This document shows positions 19,179 through 27,956 of a stretch of DNA of 64,000 nt, piece after piece (the first letter of the stretch is position 1; every line of letters begins with the position of its first letter). The notes beneath the pieces were generated by a model that saw only the letters and a program-made list of their open reading frames with translations, was not told the origin of the DNA and ran no database searches. The translations under genes and the position numbers were made by a program. The DNA comes from a bacterium (GTDB taxonomy: Bacteria > Patescibacteriota > Patescibacteriia > UBA10025): NCBI GenBank assembly GCA_021815445.1, contig JAKAGM010000001.1, forward strand, positions 467,710-531,709, read 5' to 3'.

Positions 19179-19457
19179 TTATGCTTTGGTGCGTCGAATG
19201 CCCCGCTTCTTGAGCTCCCGCTCAATATCGTGGGCGATTCTATTGCCTATCCCCTCGACTTTTTGCATCCCGGCTATCCAGGAGCGGACATACATGTCGG
19301 CAAGCGATTCATCAAGTTTCTCGATAGCTTCAGCGGCTTGTTCATACGCCCGCGCCCGAAAGAAATATTTTTCACCTGTTTTTGCGCGTAGCACATCCGC
19401 TTTCATTATAAAAATTTGCGCAATCTCATGATTCAGCGCGATGGTCGTCTTGGGCAT
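19179..19457 (-). CDS. Standalone helix-hairpin-helix protein resembling the N-terminal 8-kDa (dRP-lyase) domain of family X DNA polymerases.
   Basis: FRARAYEQAAEAIEKL...MQKVEGIGNRIAHDIERELKKRGI parallels the Pol beta 8-kDa domain pattern (NAYRKAASVIAKY...LPGVGTKIAEKIDEFLATG). The gene is 92 aa and sits 8 nt upstream of fpg. Confidence 0.55.
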   Translation of the reverse strand: MPKTTIALNHEIAQIFIMKADVLRAKTGEKYFFRARAYEQAAEAIEKLDESLADMYVRSWIAGMQKVEGIGNRIAHDIERELKKRGIRRTKA

Positions 19458-19481
19458 ACAGTCTCGTATCTACGAGTGAAA

Positions 19482-20249
19482 TTACGAGGTAAATCTCTTC
19501 GCTATTTCTGCTGCGGTATCGAGTTCCGCGGGACAATATCGAGACGGGATAATGACTGAATCCGCTGGAGAGCTCCCCGGGACTTCTGCCGACGTAGCCA
19601 TGATGCACTCGTCGTTTTGGACATGATCGAGACCGAGCTGATGCCCAAACTCATGAAGAATGGTGGAAATAAGGTATGGCGTTTCATTGTTTGGCGCCTC
19701 CACCGATATCCCTTTGATCGTCTGGAAAAAAACCACCATTCCATCATCATTCACCGTCGATCCGATATTGGTCGGCTGGTCCGAATACGTATTCAAACAC
19801 AGCAGGTATGCGATTGCCGTATCTCCATGGGAGTGGACTTTCTCCATCTGTTGGGCAAGCTTCCTGATATCAATCTTTGAGTAGGATCCCTGCATGGCGG
19901 TAAAGGTGTTGTTTTGGACGAATTGGACGGCTTCACTCCTCCCGGTGATGCGCTGGATTTCAGATCCGACGATGGTCATAACATCCAGGGGCACCGCGCA
20001 ACCCTCATACCTGTCGACAATAATCCGCAGATGAGGGAATTTTTTTACATCAAAGTAGTCTGACTTTGCGTCACCGTCATATCTGAGATGAAAGATCCCC
20101 CTCAAGAAGGGCGACCGGGCGAACGTTTCCCGGTAATTGGCATTAAACCAGTTATCCTGCTGGGAGGAATTGGCGAAATACCTGACCACGCCAAAGGAAA
20201 ATATGGCAAGAATAAAAAGAACCAGAAAGAATGCAGCGAGTTTTTTCAT
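19482..20249 (-). CDS. Membrane-anchored zinc metalloprotease of the metzincin type (HEFGHQLGLDH).
   Basis: HExxHxxGxxH motif ILHEFGHQLGLDHVQNDECIM with a Met shortly after. N-terminal TM MKKLAAFFLVLFILAIFSF. Confidence 0.7.
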   Translation of the reverse strand: MKKLAAFFLVLFILAIFSFGVVRYFANSSQQDNWFNANYRETFARSPFLRGIFHLRYDGDAKSDYFDVKKFPHLRIIVDRYEGCAVPLDVMTIVGSEIQRITGRSEAVQFVQNNTFTAMQGSYSKIDIRKLAQQMEKVHSHGDTAIAYLLCLNTYSDQPTNIGSTVNDDGMVVFFQTIKGISVEAPNNETPYLISTILHEFGHQLGLDHVQNDECIMATSAEVPGSSPADSVIIPSRYCPAELDTAAEIAKRFTS

Positions 20250-20575
20250 AGGTTAAAACCAGGCAACGTGCGGACATCGGTCCACTCATCTTGTCTGTCG
20301 TCCCAGCGATACGCTTTAACTCCGTCGACAAACTCAGATTCAGAATATTGATATTCGACTTTCGTTATCGAGCCGACTCTCCGGGAGCCGAGGCCGCGCT
20401 TGCCGACTACGCGCGGCTTTACCGTCCTTTCGAGTTTCATCTTCATTGACGGCGTGGCAAATACAATATACTCGATTGTGCCCGGACCGGGATCGAGGTC
20501 TTCATGTTCGTGTTCAATGACGTCAAAAGTGTCGGTAATCCTTCCTACGATTTCCTGCCATCGCTCCTCCGTCAT
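20246..20575 (-). CDS. Hypothetical protein (109 aa), translationally coupled to the metzincin gene by a 4-nt overlap.
   Basis: ORF with ATGA overlap to the downstream gene. No recognisable motif. Confidence 0.45.
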   Translation of the reverse strand: MTEERWQEIVGRITDTFDVIEHEHEDLDPGPGTIEYIVFATPSMKMKLERTVKPRVVGKRGLGSRRVGSITKVEYQYSESEFVDGVKAYRWDDRQDEWTDVRTLPGFNL

Positions 20576-20697
20576 GTTGAGAATGGAATCTTAGAAATAA
20601 TCGTCGGAGACAGCCGTGCACGCCAGAACACGCCCATGATACCACTTTTTCACTCCATCTGCAACTGCCGACGGAAAAGCGGCGCGCGAATCAGGCG

Positions 20698-21762
20698 TTA
20701 TTTCAACGTTATGGTCGCGGCAGGAAGGTCGCGTACGGGGACCCGCAAAGGCGTCGGGACGTGGTCACGAAGCCCTAACGGGACAGAGCCCTCCAAAGCT
20801 TGGATCGGAAACGGCTCTGGGCCCGTAGGATCTTCGCCTTTTTGGTCAGGCTCGATAGTGATTGTTACTTTCGTTTTTCCATCAGCGAGATTCAGCGGAA
20901 ATGCGTCCTTAAACTCATCGGGGGGATTGCGTAAAAAGTCTTCCCCGGGGAACGCCGGTCCGGACTTCCCGCCGCTATACCCTGAAAAATTGTCTTTACC
21001 GGCGACGGAAGAGAACCTGCCGGCAGAGAGGGTCCTGCCATTGTTCGTCACCCATGCTTCATACGTCCAGCCGGCCGGCGCCTCAGGAAGCACGAGACTT
21101 GATCTAAGCGCCCCGCCGGGCAGGAAAAACCATACTCCGCTTTCTTCTTGAGCGACGGGATCATCTGTAGGTGTGGCGAGAATATATGACCCGCTGAGCT
21201 CATGGATATCTATATCCGTGAACGAGAGGATGGCTGTTTTGTTCTCAAATGTTCCGGAAAGCACGGCACTTGATGAGGGCAGATTGTCGAGATTGCTATC
21301 GGCTTCAATGGTGATAAATGCTTTCGTGATAGTCCGGCTCTGGTCGTACGAAAAGGGGAACGTGTTATTATCAATTTTCGCTCCGGTCAAGGTCACCAAT
21401 TCCCCGCTTTGTGTCGCGGTAAAGATTCCTGCACTGACAGATGTTACGCCGTCAGATACCCATAGCTGATAATGACCGCGGCTCAATAGAGGGAGGTGTA
21501 TGCCATCTACATGGACATTTCTGCCTTTTGTAGTATTTGTATTCTGTATAACAGGAGCCGGCAGTACCGTGCTTTTGCCTCCAAAAACTACCCATACGCT
21601 TACTGCGACAGTGACGATGCTGATGAAAAAAAACAAAGACCAAAAAAACTTCGGTGCGGGAGCGTAGGATAATGGGCGTCCGCCTTTCTGATCCGCATGC
21701 ACATGCTGTGGTACGGGTGAGGGAACTTTTTGAGATTTGATTGGATCATCCATAAAAACCAA
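20698..21762 (-). CDS. Membrane-anchored protein with two anti-sigma-K RskA C-terminal-like extracytoplasmic domains. It lacks the cytoplasmic anti-sigma domain.
   Basis: Duplicated signature YQLWVSDGVTSVSAGIF / YEAWVTNNGRTLSAGRF after a single TM (FFWSLFFFISIVTVAVSVWVVF). The N-terminal cytoplasmic part is only ~45 aa. Confidence 0.5.
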   Translation of the reverse strand: MVFMDDPIKSQKVPSPVPQHVHADQKGGRPLSYAPAPKFFWSLFFFISIVTVAVSVWVVFGGKSTVLPAPVIQNTNTTKGRNVHVDGIHLPLLSRGHYQLWVSDGVTSVSAGIFTATQSGELVTLTGAKIDNNTFPFSYDQSRTITKAFITIEADSNLDNLPSSSAVLSGTFENKTAILSFTDIDIHELSGSYILATPTDDPVAQEESGVWFFLPGGALRSSLVLPEAPAGWTYEAWVTNNGRTLSAGRFSSVAGKDNFSGYSGGKSGPAFPGEDFLRNPPDEFKDAFPLNLADGKTKVTITIEPDQKGEDPTGPEPFPIQALEGSVPLGLRDHVPTPLRVPVRDLPAATITLK

Positions 21763-22135
21763 GAAACCCTACGCCAAACAAGCTGACCACGCTAAGAAAA
21801 ACAAGGAGAAGAGCTAGCCCGCCTGTCGCTTGCCCCTTGCGAGCGATTGCAGCGTACCAGGCTGACAAAAAAATCGGGATAAGCAGCAGGGCGAAATAAT
21901 ACACCTCAAAGCGTCGTACTGCTGGACTAACAAATCCCAGACCTATGCTGACAATCCATTGGGCAATCAACAACGTGAGATATCGCTTGCGGTATGCTCC
22001 CAACTGATCTAAAGATACCAGATCGGGATCAAAGAGGACGCGCAGCAGCCAAACACCCTGCAAAAATGCCGCAAAAGCTAGGGCATAATACAGGACAAGA
22101 ACCGGGGCATGAAGATTGGAGGCCAGGGAGCTCAT
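21746..22135 (-). CDS. Small polytopic membrane protein (about 4 TM).
   Basis: Four hydrophobic helices. 4-nt overlap with the upstream RAYT-like gene and 17-nt overlap with the downstream gene. Confidence 0.5.
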   Translation of the reverse strand: MSSLASNLHAPVLVLYYALAFAAFLQGVWLLRVLFDPDLVSLDQLGAYRKRYLTLLIAQWIVSIGLGFVSPAVRRFEVYYFALLLIPIFLSAWYAAIARKGQATGGLALLLVFLSVVSLFGVGFLGFYG

Positions 22136-22719
22136 ATGTGGGTGTATGCGGAATTGCGGCTAGTGGTGGAAAAAGTATACTTCCAAAGCTTGAGATTCAT
22201 TTTATCCCTTTTGTGACCTCGATGTCCACTGTATGCGGGGCAAATGAAGAGTACAGCCAAGTCCTCCGGATTTTCGCATAAACCCGCTCGAACCGGGTTC
22301 CAATGGATATAATTGAGTTTTTCTCCCAATTTTTCATCGGAGTAAATATTGAAATCGTAAAAAGATGGTTGCCAGATTTTGATTGCATCTCTTTTATACA
22401 GTATATCTTGGGTAGGCAAGGCTTTCATGCCTTGTCTCTTTCTCGACGGGGCATAAAAGCCCCGTCTACCCGACAAAAGATAATTTGAAATCCGCTTCGC
22501 AGAACGTCCTTTAATGTCGTGCATTATTTGCGATACTGTCAACTTTGGTTTTTCCTCTACATCCCGCCAAAGGATCATATGAAAATGATCCGGCATAATC
22601 ACGTATCCTAAAACGTTGAACCCTAATTTCTTTGCATAAAAACTAACATCGCCCAAAAGAATCCCACAACAAAACGGATCGTTAAACAACCTTCTGATCC
22701 GAAACGTTTTTGTGGTCAC
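22132..22719 (-). CDS. IS200/IS605-family Y1 (HUH) transposase homolog of the REP-associated tyrosine transposase (RAYT) type; possibly domesticated.
   Basis: HUH motif PDHFHMILW and catalytic Tyr motif NYIHWNPVRAGL. About 195 aa. No IS terminal structures or tnpB partner were identified. Appears co-operonic with membrane proteins. Confidence 0.7.
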   Translation of the reverse strand: MTTKTFRIRRLFNDPFCCGILLGDVSFYAKKLGFNVLGYVIMPDHFHMILWRDVEEKPKLTVSQIMHDIKGRSAKRISNYLLSGRRGFYAPSRKRQGMKALPTQDILYKRDAIKIWQPSFYDFNIYSDEKLGEKLNYIHWNPVRAGLCENPEDLAVLFICPAYSGHRGHKRDKMNLKLWKYTFSTTSRNSAYTHI

Positions 22720-22757
22720 AAAATGAGCCTAGCTTTCCTCATTAAACCGTGACAAGC

Positions 22758-23309
22758 TCATTTTTTCTCAAAAATGCTCGTAAAATCCCACAACGCCAAC
22801 AATGCATTCAAACGTTCGAGCCGAACCGACTTCCTTTTCACGCTCTCTGTGGCCAGCATCATTTTTGGACCCCGCCAATCCTGGAGAAGCTCGGTGAGGA
22901 GGAAGCGGCAGATGAACTCGACCAGCTCGCGTGCTGTCCCGATATAATGAACTTTTTTCGCTGCTACTTTGTCTAACGCCAAGCACAGTCGTTCGTCCTG
23001 CGTGTATATAGCCCACGAACGGTCAATCCCTTTTCGTAACGTCAACTTGTTCCCCCGGAGTATGAGGTTTGGCAAATGAAGCACTCCCTTCTTGAGCATA
23101 CGGACAATTGGCAAAATGAAGGTGCGCCACTTTTTCATTTTTGTTGAGACAATCAGAAGTTTGGTGAAACGGTCGACATCTTTTGTCGTCCCGATAACCT
23201 GCACTTTTGTTCTTTTTTGCACGACTCGAACGAGGGTTGCGAACATTTCTTGGTCGACCCTCTTGTAGAGTGGATACAACCATTCAGGAGGTGTGTTCCT
23301 ATTTCTCAT
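22758..23309 (-). CDS. Hypothetical basic protein. The start was chosen at the internal Met to limit overlap with rarA; the ORF track start is 23420.
   Basis: ORF 22758..23420. The first ~37 codons overlap the rarA 3' end in another frame, so ATG at 23309 is more plausible. Confidence 0.35.
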   Translation of the reverse strand: MRNRNTPPEWLYPLYKRVDQEMFATLVRVVQKRTKVQVIGTTKDVDRFTKLLIVSTKMKKWRTFILPIVRMLKKGVLHLPNLILRGNKLTLRKGIDRSWAIYTQDERLCLALDKVAAKKVHYIGTARELVEFICRFLLTELLQDWRGPKMMLATESVKRKSVRLERLNALLALWDFTSIFEKK

Positions 23310-24585
23310 TTTGATCTTCTTTCGGCTTATAATACTTCTTCCCTTGTAATTTCTTCGGTAAATAGTCTTGTTTTCCGTCTTCAGGGGAATAGTCATGGGA
23401 ATATTTGTATCCCTCGCCATACTTCAAATCTTTCATCAGGTCAGTCACGGCGTTTCGTAAGTGCAGAGGTACGGGTTCATTCATGGAGTCTTTGACATCC
23501 TTTTTGGCTTCCAGCAAACCTTGGTAGGAGCTGTTGTCTTTCGGCGCATTCGCGAGATACACGACACCGTGCGCAAGGTTAATCTGGCATTCGGGATATC
23601 CGATCAAACGTACAGCGTTGAATACATCTATGGCCGTATGCAATGCTTGCGGGTCAGCCATCCCGACATCCTCTGAAGCGAACACCACCATCCTCCGGGC
23701 GATAAACTCGGGATCCTCCCCCGCTTCCACCATCCTGTTGAGCCAGTAGAGAGCCCCGTCAGGATTCGAACCGCGCATGGATTTGATGAACGCTGAAATG
23801 ACATTGTAATGTTCTTCGCCTTTTTTGTCGTACTGAAGCGCTTTATGCTGAAGCGCGTCTTCTACATCATGCAAACTGATGTGCTTCACCCCGGTTTTGT
23901 CTTTCTTTGTCGCTTTTGAGGCAATCTCAAGAGCGTTCAAGACTGTTCGCGCGTCACCGTTGGATGCCTCGAGGAGGAGATCCATCGCCTTCGCTGCAAT
24001 CTGGATTTTTTCCTTGCCCAAGCCGCGCTCTTTGTCTTTGAGGGCCTGCTTCACAATCTTTGAAAGTTCGGGGACGCTGAGCCGCTCAAGAACAAACACA
24101 CGCGAACGGGATAAAAGCGGTGCTATGACCTCGAACGAAGGATTCTCTGTCGTGGCACCGATGAGCGTGATAAGTCCGCTCTCCACCACGGGCAGGAACG
24201 CATCTTGCTGCGCTTTATTCCACCTATGGATTTCATCGACAAATAAAATAGTCCGTTCGTTGTGGAACGACCGCTGTTTCTCAGCTTCAACAATCACTTT
24301 GCGCAAATCGGCGATGCCGGATGTCACGGCTGACATCTGGACAAATTTTGACTTTGTTTGCTCGGCAACAATTCGTGCCAACGTAGTCTTCCCCGACCCC
24401 GGCGGCCCCCAAAAGATAATTGAGAAGAGCTCGTCGTTCTCTATGGCCCGCCTGAGCAGCATCCCGGGCCCGACAATCTTTTCCTGACCAAAGAACTCAT
24501 CGAAGGTACGGGAACGCATCCGGTCGGCGAGAGGCGCCTCGCGACGTAAAGACTGCTTCATTTTTTCCTGAAACAAATCAGCCAT
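23299..24585 (-). CDS. rarA: Replication-associated recombination protein A (MgsA/RarA, WRNIP1 homolog), an AAA+ ATPase.
   Basis: Walker A FWGPPGSGKTTLARI, Walker B ILFVDEIHRWNKAQQD, plus the C-terminal MgsA helical domain. Confidence 0.9.
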   Translation of the reverse strand: MADLFQEKMKQSLRREAPLADRMRSRTFDEFFGQEKIVGPGMLLRRAIENDELFSIIFWGPPGSGKTTLARIVAEQTKSKFVQMSAVTSGIADLRKVIVEAEKQRSFHNERTILFVDEIHRWNKAQQDAFLPVVESGLITLIGATTENPSFEVIAPLLSRSRVFVLERLSVPELSKIVKQALKDKERGLGKEKIQIAAKAMDLLLEASNGDARTVLNALEIASKATKKDKTGVKHISLHDVEDALQHKALQYDKKGEEHYNVISAFIKSMRGSNPDGALYWLNRMVEAGEDPEFIARRMVVFASEDVGMADPQALHTAIDVFNAVRLIGYPECQINLAHGVVYLANAPKDNSSYQGLLEAKKDVKDSMNEPVPLHLRNAVTDLMKDLKYGEGYKYSHDYSPEDGKQDYLPKKLQGKKYYKPKEDQNEK

Positions 24586-24699
24586 AGTATGTATGTATAG
24601 TGTACCACGTCAAAGATGGCAAAAAAAGACTTGACAAGGCCCCTCACAGTAAGATAAAGTCCTACCATAAAATCGCTCACAACCAACAAAGGAGAGGTC

Positions 24700-24975
24700 A
24701 TGCCGACACCGCTCGGTACCGTTACAGATCGATACAGGCGTATACACTGTGTCGCATTGAATCCCGAGGTCACGCTGATCCAAGGTGCTCGCGTCCGGTT
24801 CACATTCCCTGGCAGCATCCACCAGAAACCGGTGTCATTCGAGCAGGAGGCAAGCTCGATTGAAGTCTCCCGCCAGCAGGTCGAGCGCGTCGAGCCGGGA
24901 ACATCCTGTGGCCTCAAGATTGACGGCTCCGTCTGCCTCCCCCCGATCGGGACGGAGATCGTTCTTCTCGACTGA
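24700..24975 (+). CDS. Small hypothetical protein (91 aa), possibly a beta-barrel (EF-Tu domain-2-like), with a strong RBS.
   Basis: AAGGAGAGG sits 5 nt before the ATG. Sequence VRFTFPGSIHQKP...GTSCGLKIDGSVCLPPIGTEIVL. Confidence 0.5.
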   Translation: MPTPLGTVTDRYRRIHCVALNPEVTLIQGARVRFTFPGSIHQKPVSFEQEASSIEVSRQQVERVEPGTSCGLKIDGSVCLPPIGTEIVLLD

Positions 24976-25138
24976 CCCGCAGTTCACTTCGCCACTTTTC
25001 CACCGCGGCTCCACCATGGACGCCGCTTTTTTCTATCTCTTGACAAATCAACCCAAAAGACGTACTATGCAACGTCAACAAATACTTGAATAGATCGTTG
25101 TCAAGAAACTACAAACCCGGGAAGAAAGGGGTGATATT

Positions 25139-25477
25139 ATGTTCGGGCAATACGGTACAGGATTGCTCATCGCACTGGCTACTACCGCAGTGGTGGCAGT
25201 GCTGGTCGCGATGGGGAGAGCGCCGAATGATAAAGGCAGGTTTGCCCTCTTCATTGGGGCGCTTACATCAGTCCTCACAGGAGCTGTGCAGGTGATCCAA
25301 AAAGCCGAGCTACTGGACATGGAATGGATCTTTGCAGTCATGCTCGTATTGGCAGGAGCCATCATCCTACTGTACGCGTTCTTCGCACTGGCGAGGCGTG
25401 AGCACGAAGTTGCGGGCACATTCCTCGGCATCCTGAGCGCCCTCCTGATGTCACAGGCAGTGTCCGGGATGTTCTAA
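25139..25477 (+). CDS. Small membrane protein (112 aa, 3-4 TM).
   Basis: RBS AAAGGGGTGA precedes the ATG. Hydrophobic helices run throughout. Confidence 0.5.
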   Translation: MFGQYGTGLLIALATTAVVAVLVAMGRAPNDKGRFALFIGALTSVLTGAVQVIQKAELLDMEWIFAVMLVLAGAIILLYAFFALARREHEVAGTFLGILSALLMSQAVSGMF

Positions 25478-25547
25478 CCTGGACTTTCCTGGTTTGAAAA
25501 ACCGTCCGGGTCGCTGTCTCAGCGGCTCGGACGTCTTTTTTTATTCA

Positions 25548-26603
25548 TTAAACCTGTTTTGCAAGCTTATGGACAAGGCGCTTGAACTCTTTCTGAACCG
25601 GATCAGGAATATCCAGATTGTCGAGCAAAATTGATGCCCGTCTGAACGAGTTGGTAATATAGCGTCGTGCGCGTTCGTATCCGCCGCTTTCGACAATCAA
25701 CGCCTTTAATCGAACAAGGTCTCGGCCTGACTTCTTTCTTTTGCGTAGGAGTCTGAGCAGGGTGGCGCTGTGGCGCTTTGACTGCAGGGCAAATGAAATA
25801 AGCAGAGTAATCTTGCCCGACCTGATGTCAGATGACCTGCCGGCCAGCCCCCTGCTGAACACGTTTTGTACGTCGTCGGTAAGCTGAAAGGCTATCCCGG
25901 CGTCCCGGGCAAACGCATGGAACGCTTTTGTCGGTATCCGCGCCCGCCCCAGACGCACCCCGAGCAAAAACGGAGATTCGATGGTATAGACAGCTGTCTT
26001 GTGCTGATAGCGGAGAAACTGCTGGTCAATCGGAGGCACCTTTTCCGGGAGAGCAAGAATGTCGAGCACCTGGCCGATATAGGTCGTATGGAGCGTTCGC
26101 TCAATGTCCTCAAGCGCCGACATCTTTTGGGCCAGTGAAAAACCCGTACTCAGAACGCACCGTTGGACAAGGTCTGAGGCAATGTCCCCCGCAATGATGG
26201 CGATGTCACGCCCCACCTTCTCGCGGTCGGCCTTTGCCAGCCCTCTCGGGGCGTAGCTTTCAAAAACCTTATGGAGCGTCGGCCTGCCGCGGCGAACGAC
26301 GTCTTCATCGATAATATCATCGTGAATGAGCAGGTACGCATGGAGAACTTCATACGCCGCTGCAACCTTGAGAATATCCGCGGTGGCCCGGTTCCGAGGA
26401 TTGCTTAAAAAACCGAGCACGACAAGCGTTCCGCGTGTCCGCTTCGCACCCGGCCTGAGTGTATATTCCTTGATACTGCGCATTATACGGCGTCCGAACG
26501 CGTGGCGGGCTGACCCAGCTTCTGCATCAAAGAATGACCTCAGCGCGCCATTAATGCGCTTACGAAGATCGGCGGCTGAGCTGTGGGATGGAGGCGTATT
26601 CAT
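25548..26603 (-). CDS. Polyprenyl (isoprenyl) diphosphate synthase, trans-IPPS family.
   Basis: First aspartate-rich motif LIHDDIIDED and second motif QLTDDVQN. Confidence 0.85.
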   Translation of the reverse strand: MNTPPSHSSAADLRKRINGALRSFFDAEAGSARHAFGRRIMRSIKEYTLRPGAKRTRGTLVVLGFLSNPRNRATADILKVAAAYEVLHAYLLIHDDIIDEDVVRRGRPTLHKVFESYAPRGLAKADREKVGRDIAIIAGDIASDLVQRCVLSTGFSLAQKMSALEDIERTLHTTYIGQVLDILALPEKVPPIDQQFLRYQHKTAVYTIESPFLLGVRLGRARIPTKAFHAFARDAGIAFQLTDDVQNVFSRGLAGRSSDIRSGKITLLISFALQSKRHSATLLRLLRKRKKSGRDLVRLKALIVESGGYERARRYITNSFRRASILLDNLDIPDPVQKEFKRLVHKLAKQV

Positions 26604-27304
26604 TATTTTCCAAATTTTCTCTTTCGGCCCGCGTAGTCGGCAAGCGCCATATCCAAATCCTTTTCTGAAAAATCAGGCCAGAGCGTGTCGCAGAAATACA
26701 GTTCGCTGTAGGTAGACTGCCAGGTCAGAAAGTTGGAAAGGCGTTGCTCCCCTGCCGTGCGAATAATGAAGTCGGGATCGGAAGTTCCCTTTGTGTACAA
26801 ATTTTGCGCAACAGTTTCCTCGGTAATCTCGTTGGGCTTGAGCTTTTGCGCAATCATTTCTTTAATTGCATGGATGATTTCTTCTCGCCCGCCGTAATTG
26901 AGTGCAAGCGTGACAATGCCCCGGTTGTTCTTCTTGGTTAATTCGACGGCTTGCCTGATTTTGCGCTGGAGCAGGCGCGAGAGCGTCTTGATCTGGCCTA
27001 TCACCTGCAGTTGGACTCCTTTTTCATTCAGGCGTTTAATATCCATCGTGAGAACCCATTTGAAAAACTCAAAAAGGTCCCGAACCTCCTCCTTAGAGCG
27101 TTTCCAATTCTCGGTAGAGAATGCATACAAGGTTATCTGGTTAATCCCTCTGTCAAAACACCAGCTTGAGACGCGATCCACTGTTTTATACCCTTCCCGA
27201 TGACCTTCAATGGCGGGAAGTCCGCGCGCTCGCGCCCAGCGGCGGTTACCGTCCATAATAAAACCTATGTGTTTTGGGAGCGATGCGGTGTTTGCGTCTG
27301 ACAT
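26603..27304 (-). CDS. uppS: Undecaprenyl-diphosphate synthase (cis-prenyltransferase).
   Basis: Hallmark motif HIGFIMDGNRRWA, plus RTAGEQRLSNFLTWQSTYSELYF. Confidence 0.9.
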   Translation of the reverse strand: MSDANTASLPKHIGFIMDGNRRWARARGLPAIEGHREGYKTVDRVSSWCFDRGINQITLYAFSTENWKRSKEEVRDLFEFFKWVLTMDIKRLNEKGVQLQVIGQIKTLSRLLQRKIRQAVELTKKNNRGIVTLALNYGGREEIIHAIKEMIAQKLKPNEITEETVAQNLYTKGTSDPDFIIRTAGEQRLSNFLTWQSTYSELYFCDTLWPDFSEKDLDMALADYAGRKRKFGK

Positions 27305-27415
27305 AGATACTACACATACTCTCTCAAAAAGGGGTGCTCGTCAAGGATTGATACAAAAGAGGCTTTACAAACGCTGTGGGGGAAGGTAGAATCTCATCAT
27401 TGTAAAGTCTTGTAA

Positions 27416-27488
27416 CGGGGTATGGCCCAATTGGTAGGGCGCTCGCTTCGGGTGCGAGAGGTTCCCGGTTCAAGTCCGGGTACCCCGA
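27416..27488 (+). tRNA. tRNA-Pro (anticodon CGG); CCA is not encoded.
   Basis: Manual cloverleaf: acceptor CGGGGTA/TACCCCG, D-stem GCCC/GGGC, anticodon stem CTCGC/GCGAG with loop TTCGGGT (G37), T-arm CCCGG-TTCAAGT-CCGGG, discriminator A. Confidence 0.9.
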
Positions 27489-27521
27489 TAATTTACCACC
27501 TGCATATGTCGCGTTCAACTA

Positions 27522-27550
27522 TTGACAACGCCACCATTTTGTGATAGATT
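27522..27550 (+). promoter_or_regulatory. Sigma70-like promoter TTGACA-17-TAGATT driving the small ORF downstream of tRNA-Pro.
   Basis: TTGACA at 27522-27527 and TAGATT at 27545-27550. Confidence 0.45.
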
Positions 27551-27703
27551 TGCTTTTGGTCTCCGCACGTTGTCTAGCAGTTAAACCCCAAACCCTCACC
27601 TGGAGCAACCACATGCTCTTTTCCTCACACTCCCCCTAAAGTGACCCGTGACCGACTTCTGCTCACGAGACGATCGAAGTCCATTCGGAACTTTGGAGGG
27701 GTC

Positions 27704-27886
27704 ATGTGCAACACCAAACTTGGTCAACACAGTTCACTCGAAGGGAGTTTCGAATTCCACCTGCGCGGCAAAGCGCCTTTCACGGGAAAGGTGACACGCG
27801 TTAAAGGCCAGACGGCCACAGTCAAGATGAATGACGGCTCGAAGATAACCGTCAACCTTTCCGCCTCCGCACGGCGTGCATCATAG
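27704..27886 (+). CDS. Small hypothetical protein (60 aa) with its own promoter, RBS and terminator; possibly a YwbE/DUF2196-like small beta protein.
   Basis: GGAGGGG lies 5 nt upstream of the ATG at 27704. Sequence GKVTRVKGQTATVKMNDGSKITVNL. Followed by the terminator at 27920-27954. The ORF track's longer version starts at a GTG at 27641. Confidence 0.35.
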   Translation: MCNTKLGQHSSLEGSFEFHLRGKAPFTGKVTRVKGQTATVKMNDGSKITVNLSASARRAS

Positions 27887-27919
27887 CAACCCAAGCCGGT
27901 TGCCCACAGATTTTACCAC

Positions 27920-27954
27920 CCGCCCCGCAATCTATCGCTGGGCGGTCTTTTTTT
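27920..27954 (+). terminator. Rho-independent terminator (CCGCCC...GGGCGG followed by TCTTTTTTT).
   Basis: 6-bp GC stem, 14-nt loop, then a T-run. Confidence 0.5.
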
Positions 27955-27956
27955 CC

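Noticed and set aside
27641-27703. Longer (81-aa) version of the small ORF after tRNA-Pro, starting at GTG 27641
   Set aside because: A strong GGAGGGG RBS is positioned for the ATG at 27704, and the predicted promoter would start transcription only ~80 nt upstream. The N-terminal extension is probably untranslated.
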